A stretch of 64,000 nt of DNA. Origin: a virus (taxonomy: Duplodnaviria > Heunggongvirae > Uroviricota > Caudoviricetes). Location: IMG/VR virus record IMGVR_UViG_3300017650_000009. One strand, given 5' to 3'. Within the stretch, counting starts at the first letter, position 1. Every line of letters begins with the position of its first letter. Below are positions 18,775 through 28,509 of this stretch, in pieces. The position numbers were made by a program, and so were the translations under genes. The notes below the pieces were generated by a model that saw only the letters and a list, made by a program, of their open reading frames with translations, was not told the origin of the DNA and made no database searches.

Positions 18775-19718
18775 CATTGAATCACGAAAATAAAGTAGAT
18801 TTGCTTTGGAAGAAACACAAAGGTGTAGCTTCCACAGCTTCTAATAAAGAACATTCTAACGAACGCTATCGTAGCTCAACTCCAATCTTCCAGCGTGATT
18901 TCTGGGCTGATTCGGATTTGATTCCACGTACCGCTCCTAGTGCATCGACGGTTACGGGTAACGAATTGTGGGCAGAAGTTATTGCTCCTCGTCGTCGCGC
19001 AAGTGCGGTTCAAATGCTTCCAGATACAGCGTCATCCAATACGGCTTGGGTTGCAGTTCGCTTCTTACAAAACGGATTAGATGAGTCCAATATTATTCGT
19101 AATTGGGTACCTGATACTTTTGATCGTTCATATACGATTACTGTTTGGGCCGGCAACCCATATGCCAATACAGGAGATGCTCCGGTTCGTTTGACTCCAA
19201 CTATCACTGATCGTGAATGGGAATTTGATTATTCCTCAGGCGTTCTGGTATTCCCAAATGGCATCCCACCTATTGCTATTCAGCGTGGTATTTGGATTGA
19301 AGGTTGGACTTATATCGGTGCTATCGGTCGTGAAACAGATGAATCCGGTGCTGCAAACGGTAGCAAGATTCGTACATTCACATTTACAACCGCACAAATA
19401 GCAGATGGCGCATCAGTCGATTTCACTTTCCCTACAGGGGGTAAATGCACTCTAGTTGAGGCAAAAACTTCTGTTCCCGCAACACTAGAATGCCATGCAA
19501 TTTCCTCACGTACTGATTCTAATCCATATCGCTTTATTTCCATTCAATCACATCTAGTTGATGATGGATCTTATATTGTCGGAGGTCAGAGATATTACGG
19601 TGAGCGATTCATCCAACTGATAAATATGCAAGACACAACAAGTGATGTAACATATTGGCGCGTGTATAATAATTCGGGTGTGCCGAGCACAGTTTCAGTA
19701 ATTGTGAAAGTTGCGTAA
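18771..19718 (+). CDS. virion structural protein
   Basis: ATGA overlap; KVDLLWKK...W.FDY.SG.L..PN...G..YIG shared with 16633. Confidence 0.7.
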   Translation: MTLNHENKVDLLWKKHKGVASTASNKEHSNERYRSSTPIFQRDFWADSDLIPRTAPSASTVTGNELWAEVIAPRRRASAVQMLPDTASSNTAWVAVRFLQNGLDESNIIRNWVPDTFDRSYTITVWAGNPYANTGDAPVRLTPTITDREWEFDYSSGVLVFPNGIPPIAIQRGIWIEGWTYIGAIGRETDESGAANGSKIRTFTFTTAQIADGASVDFTFPTGGKCTLVEAKTSVPATLECHAISSRTDSNPYRFISIQSHLVDDGSYIVGGQRYYGERFIQLINMQDTTSDVTYWRVYNNSGVPSTVSVIVKVA

Positions 19719-19757
19719 GCCATAAATACACAAAATTAACCAACGAGGTACACTAAT

Positions 19758-20954
19758 ATGACTACTATAGCAAAAGAAGGTTTGACATATATGATTCCGG
19801 GAACGGATGAATTTGGTAAACCAATTGATGAAGCTAATTGCCTTGCAACAAATCTTCTTAATGACCTTCTAACCAATGGTTTTGAAGAAGTAGCAAAAGA
19901 CGGACCTTCCATTGCAGCATCTAAGAAAGTTATTTTGCGTCCAAAGATTGAAGTTGATCCAAATTGGCAATCTGATCCTTGGCACATTTATTTCGAAGTT
20001 AAGGGAAATGCAATTATTAAGAATCCTGCAAACTTAACTCAGGAAATCACAGTTGCAGATCGCGGTCTTTATATGCGCGTTGGTTCCCCAACCCAGCTTC
20101 CTAATATTGCTGGAATTTCAACTGGTATACCTGAATATCCAATTATTCCACAGCAATATTATACTTTGACACCGGACCAACTTACATCTGCTGGTAATAT
20201 TACCAATACATATCCGAGAGTTAGTACAAAGACTCCAATGACATACCAACTTGCAATTTATAATCGTGGATTTGCATTTGTTGCTTGGCCGCAAGTCTTT
20301 ACTGAAGATTTGAAATTTACAACTGTATTCACGATTCAACGTGGTGTAGGCTGTGATGGTTCGGTTCCATCGACTGGGCAGAAGCCATTGTATTTGGTAA
20401 CAAACGTAAGTGCTACGGGAAGTCAAGTTTATTCCGGATCCGCAACTGGTTGGAATATTGATGGGCCTCGTACTGCTTGGTTCTATAATGTGATTCGAGA
20501 AGTAGATACAACTGCACCATTACCAACATGGCAAAGTATGACCGGCAATGGTTCACCATCTATTAATGATGGACCGGGTAATCCAATCAATCAGCCTGGT
20601 AATTATGCTCTGAATTATACTCCTGCTGTTATTAGTGATCCACGTGAACTTTTGGGTCAGTCTTTGAATTATTTTCCAACACGTTGGAGAACCCCAGTAA
20701 CCAACGATAATAACGAATATATTCTAGTATTTCCGTTTGGTCTATGTACTGATCGTTTTGCATTTAGTGAAGAAATTGATCTCATTGCAGTATCCAAAGC
20801 AGATGCATACCAAAGTGAACAGATAGTCCCAGTTGATGTTTATGGGCAGAAGCGATCTTATATTGCTACAAGCTCAAACAACCAAAATGTGAATAACGAC
20901 TCGGGTATTCGTGTTTTTGTTCTTAAGACTGAAGATGATCAGAATGGTGGCTAA
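19758..20954 (+). CDS. virion structural protein (paralog of 22027)
   Basis: TAAATA at 19723; FPFGLCTDRFAFSEEIDLI motif. Confidence 0.7.
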   Translation: MTTIAKEGLTYMIPGTDEFGKPIDEANCLATNLLNDLLTNGFEEVAKDGPSIAASKKVILRPKIEVDPNWQSDPWHIYFEVKGNAIIKNPANLTQEITVADRGLYMRVGSPTQLPNIAGISTGIPEYPIIPQQYYTLTPDQLTSAGNITNTYPRVSTKTPMTYQLAIYNRGFAFVAWPQVFTEDLKFTTVFTIQRGVGCDGSVPSTGQKPLYLVTNVSATGSQVYSGSATGWNIDGPRTAWFYNVIREVDTTAPLPTWQSMTGNGSPSINDGPGNPINQPGNYALNYTPAVISDPRELLGQSLNYFPTRWRTPVTNDNNEYILVFPFGLCTDRFAFSEEIDLIAVSKADAYQSEQIVPVDVYGQKRSYIATSSNNQNVNNDSGIRVFVLKTEDDQNGG

Positions 20955-20956
20955 TT

Positions 20957-21991
20957 TTGGCTTTTGAATATGAAGATAGTGATGGCAACAGATATCCACC
21001 GGATGATCCTCCGGTGGACACGCCTATCTACATTTATCCAGATCCAGTATTACCATATTTTTGTCATGGTCGAAACACTAGAAATGCAAGTGCCGGCTAT
21101 AAACCAAATACATATTGTAAGAAAGATATTACATACTGGAAAAACGACAAATATATTAATATAAAACGACCGTGTAAATCAAATGTGATTACAGTTGATT
21201 TTGTTAAGCGAGTTTGTAATACAAATGTATTGGCAACAAATCTTATTGAAAGATCATTTACCAATTATAAAAGTTGCAGGATATCAGATCGATTTAACGA
21301 CACTATTGGTAAACATTTTATTTGTGGAAGTTTGCCCAGAACTATAAACTTAATAAAAGTCGATCTAGTAACAGGCAAAGTATGTCGTAAAGTAGAACCT
21401 GATGCGATCGTTAATCTTCGACCATGTCGTAAAATTATAAAATGGACAATTGATCCCGTAATAGGCAAGTGGCGTGGTAACAAATGCTATGTAGCATACA
21501 GTCCAAATATATATACTAATAAACCGTGTTTGAATTTACCAGTTGGGCATTTGGAAGATTTCAAGATCTTTACTCATGTATGTAAGAATCCAGGGTTTAT
21601 TGAAAATGAAATGGTACCTGCAAAATTCTGGTGTCGAGTTTCAATGGTTGGACCACAGGCGCCTGTAATTAATAAAACAGTTGCCCCTCGTCTACAAACA
21701 TATACTTGTCATAAAACAGAAGTTTATGTGTTGGTACCACAAGGAAACAAAGTATTTTGTGGTTTCAGAAATGTAATTGCTAATACTTTTACTAGTACAG
21801 CGACAACTTGTCGTATGACATCTAAAATCTATTGGGCTACTGATTTAAAGGTACGTAGATTTAATTGTGGTATTATAAAGTTGAGTACATATGCTGGAAT
21901 TACATACGGGCGAACATTCGGTGGTCGTCCATATGTAAATGGATTTACACGAGTTTCGGGGCGTATGATTGGTAAGCTGTCAAACCCTTAA
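20957..21991 (+). CDS. basic protein with 16 regularly spaced single cysteines
   Basis: 344-aa ORF filling the gap between two paralogs. Confidence 0.7.
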   Translation: MAFEYEDSDGNRYPPDDPPVDTPIYIYPDPVLPYFCHGRNTRNASAGYKPNTYCKKDITYWKNDKYINIKRPCKSNVITVDFVKRVCNTNVLATNLIERSFTNYKSCRISDRFNDTIGKHFICGSLPRTINLIKVDLVTGKVCRKVEPDAIVNLRPCRKIIKWTIDPVIGKWRGNKCYVAYSPNIYTNKPCLNLPVGHLEDFKIFTHVCKNPGFIENEMVPAKFWCRVSMVGPQAPVINKTVAPRLQTYTCHKTEVYVLVPQGNKVFCGFRNVIANTFTSTATTCRMTSKIYWATDLKVRRFNCGIIKLSTYAGITYGRTFGGRPYVNGFTRVSGRMIGKLSNP

Positions 21992-22026
21992 CTAAATAGG
22001 ATAAACAAACGTTTGGAGATACTTTA

Positions 22027-23016
22027 ATGGCCGGATATTCCTATGGCGAATCTACATTTACCGATCCTACTGTGATGGGCAATGCAATTGTTAGTAATTT
22101 TAAGAACGGCAATAGTATTGGATGGTTTGAAACATTACTCGATGTTGATGGCACAACAAAGCGCGTCATACTTTTAAAATCAACAGGAGCAATTGACAGT
22201 GTTGTAACTACGGATGCCACACAATCATATCGCTTGCTAATTACATTCACAAAGACAGGCACCGCTTACACCGAAATGACGATACATTTCGGTGATAGTG
22301 GTCAATTGGTTCCAAATCCTGGTGATACGGATGTATTGATTCAGCAGGGCACACCAGTAATGACTGTGTTTAATAACGCAAATCGTCCATCAGTAAACAC
22401 TGAGTACAATTTTAGAATTACACTTACTGATCGTGGTTGGGCTCTTGCTGTATGGCCTACTGCTCGTGTTAATTCACGTCGTAACAATTTTATTGGTGTG
22501 ATGCAACGACCAGTAAACCCTACAAATGGCGAACCAAACATTGGAAGTGCAAAGCCTATATTCGCACTTTGGCATGGTGCTAATTCCGTTGAAAACTATT
22601 TTTCATGGGGCGTAGTACGTGAAGCAGACGTATCTGCAAGTGTTGCAAACGGTACAACTGATTCTGTTTCTCGCTATAACATGTATCGTATTAGCTTGGA
22701 TTGGTCTCATCCAAACTTGTTTGATAACAACTCACATGTTGTTAAATTCCCTTATGGTCTAGCAACACGACGTCATTTGTATTTGGATGAATTGGATTTG
22801 ATTTGCTTTGTTAATGCTGCGGCATTTGCTTCACAACAAGATGTTAAGATTACGATGTATGCGGAAGATTCTGAACGCAAATATAAAACCACATGGGGCG
22901 ATGTTTCCTATGGTGATATTATTCAGAGTGGACAGATATATACTCAGGTTCCACGTGTTACTGCTGGTACACGTTTAGGTATCCTATCTGAAAATGGTGG
23001 TATTACTACCCCGTAA
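22027..23016 (+). CDS. virion structural protein (paralog of 19758)
   Basis: TAAATA at 21993; QRPV...KPIF...VVREADV...FPYGLATRRHLYLDELDLI. Confidence 0.7.
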   Translation: MAGYSYGESTFTDPTVMGNAIVSNFKNGNSIGWFETLLDVDGTTKRVILLKSTGAIDSVVTTDATQSYRLLITFTKTGTAYTEMTIHFGDSGQLVPNPGDTDVLIQQGTPVMTVFNNANRPSVNTEYNFRITLTDRGWALAVWPTARVNSRRNNFIGVMQRPVNPTNGEPNIGSAKPIFALWHGANSVENYFSWGVVREADVSASVANGTTDSVSRYNMYRISLDWSHPNLFDNNSHVVKFPYGLATRRHLYLDELDLICFVNAAAFASQQDVKITMYAEDSERKYKTTWGDVSYGDIIQSGQIYTQVPRVTAGTRLGILSENGGITTP

Positions 23017-23028
23017 TGAGAGGCTGAT

Positions 23029-24213
23029 ATGCCATTTCTTAATATTGGTAATCTAAATTTATCTGGTAAACTAACTGTGGAGCCCTTATTTCAAGGGCCC
23101 ACTTTTAGTCTTTCCGAAACATCAAAATTAACTTCCACTGCTAGAACATTCGGTTATGTATTATCAATGACTTCATCGACTTTGGCAGTTGGAGCTTATG
23201 CTGCCTCAACAGTAAGTACATACGAATTGGTTGATAACAAATGGACTAAAATTTCGGATATTGTTAAGACTGGGCGTTTTGGAGCTAAAGTTGCTGTTAC
23301 GGACGACTGGCTTGCGATCAGTGATAACCCTGTCAGTGGCAACGGAACTGTTTGGATTTATAAACGTAATGGTGCAAGATCTTGGGGTACTACCGAATTT
23401 GCAGTTCTTTCTGCACCTGTAGGAACAACCGGGAATGGTTTTGGTGCTTCAGTAGCATTGGATGGAAATACCTTAGTTGTAGGCCATCGTCAAGCCAATA
23501 GTATTGGTGGGGTGCATGTTTACGTTTTTAATGGAACATCTTGGGTTATTGAAGGAAACTTTTTAACAGTTAACGCTTCTGAGGTTAGAGCATCAACTAG
23601 TCAGAATTTAGGTTCAGAAGTTTCGATTGATGGTGACCTTCTTATTGCAGGCGGCCCGGGTGATACTTTGGGTCGTGGTAATGGTGTTGCATTTGTTAGT
23701 AAACGTACTGGGACTAGTTGGTCTGCCCCTGTTGTTATCAAGCCCACGACTACGTTCTTGGATGGATTTGGCTGGACAGTCAAAGCGAAAAATAATTATG
23801 TTCTAGTTGGCGCACCATATGGCAATGCATCAGAACGAATTCCAGGACGTGCATTTCTTTATGATTGCACTGGGGCTTTGCCTGTACTTGAGGAAACCTT
23901 TACGGTCCGTACTGATCGTTCTACGCTCATACAAGATACACTCATGACAACCAACGACAGCTTCGGTTGGGCTGTAGATATGAATAATGATCATTCAGTA
24001 GTTTTGGTAAGTTCACTTAACCGAAACAGTCGTGGCATTGTCTACGCTTATGAAAAATTCAATAACGTTTGGGGGCCATCAGCTTTGCCCGATAGTGCAA
24101 TGTTACCCAATCCACAAGTTTCCAATGGTAGATTTGGTTCTGCTATTGGTTTCACCAGTTCTGGTGCTGTCATCGGGGCGTATGGTGCAAATGCGTCCTA
24201 CTGGTTCAAATAA
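23029..24213 (+). CDS. FG-GAP-like beta-propeller protein
   Basis: repeated FG.sV...l.VGA..G.v.vy blades. Confidence 0.75.
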   Translation: MPFLNIGNLNLSGKLTVEPLFQGPTFSLSETSKLTSTARTFGYVLSMTSSTLAVGAYAASTVSTYELVDNKWTKISDIVKTGRFGAKVAVTDDWLAISDNPVSGNGTVWIYKRNGARSWGTTEFAVLSAPVGTTGNGFGASVALDGNTLVVGHRQANSIGGVHVYVFNGTSWVIEGNFLTVNASEVRASTSQNLGSEVSIDGDLLIAGGPGDTLGRGNGVAFVSKRTGTSWSAPVVIKPTTTFLDGFGWTVKAKNNYVLVGAPYGNASERIPGRAFLYDCTGALPVLEETFTVRTDRSTLIQDTLMTTNDSFGWAVDMNNDHSVVLVSSLNRNSRGIVYAYEKFNNVWGPSALPDSAMLPNPQVSNGRFGSAIGFTSSGAVIGAYGANASYWFK

Positions 24214-24252
24214 CCAGTAGGAATTTTACTCTAAACCTAACAAGGAAAAATC

Positions 24253-25446
24253 ATGACTAATTTGATCGAAAATAACCTTAATGTAACTCCTTCTTATACA
24301 ATCCCATTTAAATCAGTAGATACTTTGGTTAATGCGGATACCACATATGGATATGAAATTACAACATTTGAAAATAAAGCAATCATATCCAAATATGGCA
24401 AATATGATGTCGATTATTATGAAAATGATGGGGCAAACTGGATTAAGAAACAAACAATCACTGGGGCTAGAAACATAGGCACTAAGGTGGCGTTCAATGA
24501 TGAATGGTTAGCTCTTTCAACAATGGTTCCAGGAACAGATGTCGGCTTAGGCACAGTCGAGATGTATCATTTTTCAAATGATGAATGGGTGTTTCATTCG
24601 CAACTTGCCGCTCGCTGGATTCCAAATACTCCACCAACCCCTGCTTTTTATCAAAGCGGATTTGGCTCATCGTTAGCTTTTGATGGCGACACGTTATATG
24701 TGGGTAATAGTGTTATTGATGTATATGGTGCAACTACACCTAATATTGGCGGGATAAAGACTTATACATTTAATGGAACAACTTGGGTTGAAGGTTCTAG
24801 TATTATTCCTCCAGTTGACCAAACATCTGATATAAAACGATATGCTACAAAAATGGTAATAGATGGTGATCTATTAGCTGATGGTCGTTATCAAAACACT
24901 ATTAGCAACTATTATACCCCTGGTCGTGTTTATATTAGTAAACGTGAAAATGGTGTATGGGGAACTCCTATTTTCATTGATCCTCCAGTGGGTAAAGAAC
25001 GTGGTTTCGGATATAGTATTGCGGTTTCTGGTAACTTAGTATTTGTTGGCACACCACGTAGTATGAATACCGATATACCAAATGGCAGCGTTTTCATTTA
25101 TGACTGCTCTGGAGTTTCACCGGTCTTAGTACAAACATTGGAACGTGATGCGAAAGAAGAATTCGGATTTGGAATAAAAGTCAGTAAAGATGGGCAGTAT
25201 CTAGCTATTGTATCTAGACAATACGGTAATCCAGAAGCTAAGGCCGGAAATCAACTTACATTTCCAATAGGAAAAGTTAGTATCTTTAAAAAGAATAGTA
25301 CTGGTCTTTTTGGCGTACAACCGATTCAAATGGTTCGTCCATTTGATATGACTGGTAAAAATTCATTTGGTATTTCAATAGCATTTTCTAATGATTCGCT
25401 TTTGGTTACAAATTATAGCACAGGTGCTATTTCTGTATTCAAATAA
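24253..25446 (+). CDS. FG-GAP-like beta-propeller protein (tandem paralog)
   Basis: same blade repeats; FNGT.WV.EG, IDGDLL, YDC.G..PVL shared with 23029. Confidence 0.75.
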   Translation: MTNLIENNLNVTPSYTIPFKSVDTLVNADTTYGYEITTFENKAIISKYGKYDVDYYENDGANWIKKQTITGARNIGTKVAFNDEWLALSTMVPGTDVGLGTVEMYHFSNDEWVFHSQLAARWIPNTPPTPAFYQSGFGSSLAFDGDTLYVGNSVIDVYGATTPNIGGIKTYTFNGTTWVEGSSIIPPVDQTSDIKRYATKMVIDGDLLADGRYQNTISNYYTPGRVYISKRENGVWGTPIFIDPPVGKERGFGYSIAVSGNLVFVGTPRSMNTDIPNGSVFIYDCSGVSPVLVQTLERDAKEEFGFGIKVSKDGQYLAIVSRQYGNPEAKAGNQLTFPIGKVSIFKKNSTGLFGVQPIQMVRPFDMTGKNSFGISIAFSNDSLLVTNYSTGAISVFK

Positions 25447-25462
25447 TGACTTTTTAGCTCAG

Positions 25463-25505
25463 ACTCCGTATATTGGGTTACATAATCTAATATACGGAGT
25501 TTTTT
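25463..25505 (+). terminator. terminator hairpin that also covers the next RBS
   Basis: ACTCCGTATATTGG/CTAATATACGGAGT followed by a T run. Confidence 0.7.
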
Positions 25506-25913
25506 ATGACTGAACAATATTTGAATCAATATCTGGGCTTTGTCGATGCTGTGACTAGCGACGCATCTAAGAGCAAAGAAGCTTTCATCGCTCGAATTGA
25601 AGAACTATATGAGCAGGGTTGTGATGTTTCCCGTCTCAATACTGCGGCTGCTGGGCTATCGGCGGAAGCAGGTGAGTTCCAGGAAATCGTCAAAAAGATC
25701 ATGTTCCAGGGTAAGCCGTATAATGCGGATAATGTTTTTCATATGAAACGCGAGCTTGGCGATGTTATGTGGTATTTCGCACAGGCTTGTATGGCTCTCA
25801 ATTTGGATCCTTATGAGATTGTTGATGAAAACATCCGCAAGCTTGAAGCACGTTACCCGGGCGGAAAGTTTGAGATTGCACGAAGTGAAGTGCGCAAAGA
25901 GGGCGACCTTTAA
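25506..25913 (+). CDS. MazG-like nucleoside triphosphate pyrophosphohydrolase
   Basis: GLSAEAGEFQEIVKK...RELGDVMWY...NIRKLEARY. Confidence 0.85.
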   Translation: MTEQYLNQYLGFVDAVTSDASKSKEAFIARIEELYEQGCDVSRLNTAAAGLSAEAGEFQEIVKKIMFQGKPYNADNVFHMKRELGDVMWYFAQACMALNLDPYEIVDENIRKLEARYPGGKFEIARSEVRKEGDL

Positions 25914-26170
25914 TGGTAAAAATCCGTAAAGGATTTCGAGCCACCCGCACATGGGGGTTTACGGGTTTATACTCGTATCCCCATGCTTTGCCTTGTGTTT
26001 GTGGTGATGGCGAACCACACCATCATAACGGCTCCGTACTTGAGGTGCCTGAATTTATCATTGGTGAACATGGTGTTCCTGAGAAACTTGTTTACTTGGA
26101 TAAATCCGGAAACCCAGTTGTCACAGGGGATGAAACTGATCCTTATGTACCAGGAAGGAAGTGGACCTAA
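25913..26170 (+). CDS. hypothetical protein
   Basis: TAATG coupling on both sides; CxC...HHH possible metal site. Confidence 0.6.
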   Translation: MVKIRKGFRATRTWGFTGLYSYPHALPCVCGDGEPHHHNGSVLEVPEFIIGEHGVPEKLVYLDKSGNPVVTGDETDPYVPGRKWT

Positions 26171-26520
26171 TGCATCCGTTTTTTGACCCCGTAACTATGA
26201 GTGATGATGAACTTCGAGATAAGTTGGATTCACTGAACAATCGCTTATGGGCAGCACATGCAATGGGCATGAGTAGCGATATGCGAGAACAGCTACAGAT
26301 GCTCATAGAGACGATTGAAACAGAAGTTCAGCAACGCTTTGCAAATTCAATGCAGAAAGCGTGGGATGATATGTTCCCGGACGTTATTGAATCGGAACCC
26401 GATTTAAAACCGCAAGTCGATGCGAAAAAGAAACGTCCGACTGTTGGTAACAAAAATATTGAAGAGCAGGAGAAGCCGCGTGTTGCTCCTGCGTTCAACA
26501 AGGTATACAAGAAGAAATGA
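26170..26520 (+). CDS. hypothetical phage protein
   Basis: MHPFF start, coiled-coil; translationally coupled. Confidence 0.7.
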   Translation: MHPFFDPVTMSDDELRDKLDSLNNRLWAAHAMGMSSDMREQLQMLIETIETEVQQRFANSMQKAWDDMFPDVIESEPDLKPQVDAKKKRPTVGNKNIEEQEKPRVAPAFNKVYKKK

Positions 26521-26735
26521 TACCAAAGCACCCGCATTCAATAAGTGTGAATCATAGCGCATTTGTTGGTAATGCGGGTGTTCATTCCATCCGTTCAGAT
26601 GTCGAAGAATGGCTTGATCATCATACCCCGGATTGGAACCATATTGTTCATGGACCATTAGGTCTCGTGCATTTCATCCGTTTCGAGTTTAAGTCGGATG
26701 CAGAAGTCATCCTTTTTAAATTAGCCTGGATGTAA
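26517..26735 (+). CDS. minimal member of the FKLxW family
   Basis: EEWLD...W...FEFKSDAEVILFKLAWM. Confidence 0.7.
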   Translation: MIPKHPHSISVNHSAFVGNAGVHSIRSDVEEWLDHHTPDWNHIVHGPLGLVHFIRFEFKSDAEVILFKLAWM

Positions 26736-26779
26736 GAAATAAGTAGTTTTTTCTAACACTTACGTTTATAAATACAAAT

Positions 26780-26893
26780 GCAACAGTGTGAGGACACCTT
26801 AATAGGCTGCTCAAAGTTTTCATACAACGTTGTAAGGCTGGCCAGCCAAACACATTCTTTTTGCTGTTGGATCTCTCCAACAGGTAGTTTTTC
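26780..26893 (+). ncRNA. candidate structured RNA / leader behind a late promoter
   Basis: TATAAATA 26767-26774, several complementary segments, terminal hairpin CTGTTGG/CCAACAG plus T run. Confidence 0.35.
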
Positions 26894-26954
26894 AATTGAT
26901 ATTTAGGCACACTCGTAGTATGCTGGGTCAAGTACTCACATATATGGTAAACTC

Positions 26955-27650
26955 ATGACTGAAGAATATCCCGAATTTATTGTTAAGCTAAATCTTACTT
27001 TTAAAGCGATTCGTGTTTTGGATAATCGTTTAATCCCCACAACATGGAAAATTCACACCGAAGTCATCTACGACGAGGAAGCACAGGAATCTGTCGATTT
27101 CGATGTTGAAGTGAAAACCACAATCGGCAAAATTAACTATTGGTTAGATAACTTAGTTTCGGGAAGTTTGATTTTCAGTCGCGATAATGACTGGACATAT
27201 ATGAGTTTCTTCGATGAAGATGGGCGTTGCACGGCAGGCAATGTTGTCACGATTACACCAGAGGATCCAACTGACGACCATCTAGCTGAAATCATTCACA
27301 GTAAATTCAATGCATTCGGCGGTGATCATATTCAATTTGGTATTGTTGAACTTGAAAGTGACGATACTACTGGGTTGTCATTCATGTTCACAGGTGATGG
27401 CCAAATGAATTTGCCGTTTATGGAAGAATGGGTTGGACCCCATGCATACTTTGATCGTCCTTGGTGGGCGCGTGATGATGGCTCCACATATGACGTTATC
27501 CCCCCAGAGGATGCAGATCTAAGCATTAGACCTGAGAGTTCCATTGATTTGGATTTTATTCGTGCGCGTTTCCGTAAGCAGATGGGTATATCCGGAAATA
27601 TCGTACGACCAACGTTTAAGCCGGAAGTCATTAAGGGTGAATCCAAATAA
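26955..27650 (+). CDS. hypothetical protein, possible QueD/6-PTPS-like T-fold
   Basis: F.A..., DF...K..I..I...LD, DPTDDHLAEII pattern; metal-binding His residues not seen. Confidence 0.5.
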   Translation: MTEEYPEFIVKLNLTFKAIRVLDNRLIPTTWKIHTEVIYDEEAQESVDFDVEVKTTIGKINYWLDNLVSGSLIFSRDNDWTYMSFFDEDGRCTAGNVVTITPEDPTDDHLAEIIHSKFNAFGGDHIQFGIVELESDDTTGLSFMFTGDGQMNLPFMEEWVGPHAYFDRPWWARDDGSTYDVIPPEDADLSIRPESSIDLDFIRARFRKQMGISGNIVRPTFKPEVIKGESK

Positions 27651-27946
27651 TGACTTTATTGAAGGATTTCAAACGTTTATTCAATTCGTTGAAAACGTTC
27701 AATTATAAAGTTGAATTGCCGACGCAAGCGGTATTATCATACCATTATGATACTGGGTTCGATCTTCGTTCCCGCACGAGTATTTGGCTTAAAACCAATG
27801 CAGGAAATGACAATTGGAAAATGCACATACATGATTACGATGATATGGCTCGACCGCTTTGCGACCGAAACATGCGAGTAACATTCATGTTCAACAGCCA
27901 GCGCGCTGCCGTTGGTTTCAAAAAGGAATTTGGAGGTCGGGTGTGA
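27650..27946 (+). CDS. hypothetical protein, F...A..FK family
   Basis: WLKTNAG..NW...FMFNSQRAAVGFKKEFG. Confidence 0.7.
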   Translation: MTLLKDFKRLFNSLKTFNYKVELPTQAVLSYHYDTGFDLRSRTSIWLKTNAGNDNWKMHIHDYDDMARPLCDRNMRVTFMFNSQRAAVGFKKEFGGRV

Positions 27947-28476
27947 TAGAATTATCCAACCGCACGATTGATGAATATGGTAATGTGATCTTTGATGTGG
28001 CAGATTTATTTCCGCTTATCGTCAAGGGATACGACGTCACAAAATTTTTAGTCAATGATAGTCCAGAAGTTGAACAGTTTCGTGCAACTTGCAAACTGTT
28101 GGATAATGAAGATCTTTCCCTTCAAACATATACGAGACCTGAGGGGTCAATTCAGGACCATTTGGATAAGTTCCGTAATCGTTGGTTCATGCCGGATCGT
28201 TATCGCACACTAAGTTTGCGAGTGTGGCTCAATGGCAAATGTAAGACCCAAGAGGAACGTCAACGTGTTGACGAAGAATTAAAAGTATTCGAAAAATACG
28301 AATTGGAAATGATGCTTAAATCCCTAATATATCTAGTGGATATTTTTGTTGAGCATAAAATAGTATGGGGAGTAGGACGTGGTTCCTCTGTTAGCTCATA
28401 CGTCTTATACTTGATCGGAATCCACAGGGTTAACAGTCTAAAGTATGAACTCGATTTTTCTGAGTTCCTGAACTGA
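27943..28476 (+). CDS. dnaE: stand-alone DNA polymerase III alpha (DnaE) fragment
   Basis: R..EE...F...GVGRGSSVSSYVLYLIGIHRVNSLKYELDFSEFL; GGAGG RBS, GTGA overlap. Confidence 0.75.
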   Translation: MIELSNRTIDEYGNVIFDVADLFPLIVKGYDVTKFLVNDSPEVEQFRATCKLLDNEDLSLQTYTRPEGSIQDHLDKFRNRWFMPDRYRTLSLRVWLNGKCKTQEERQRVDEELKVFEKYELEMMLKSLIYLVDIFVEHKIVWGVGRGSSVSSYVLYLIGIHRVNSLKYELDFSEFLN

Positions 28477-28509
28477 TAAATAACTATAGATATAACTGAA
28501 GGAGCAAAA

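Noticed and set aside
26780-26893. preQ1 riboswitch or self-cleaving ribozyme call
   Set aside because: Consensus cores (preQ1-I stem plus A-tail, hammerhead CUGAUGA/GAAA) were not found; kept only as an unknown RNA candidate.
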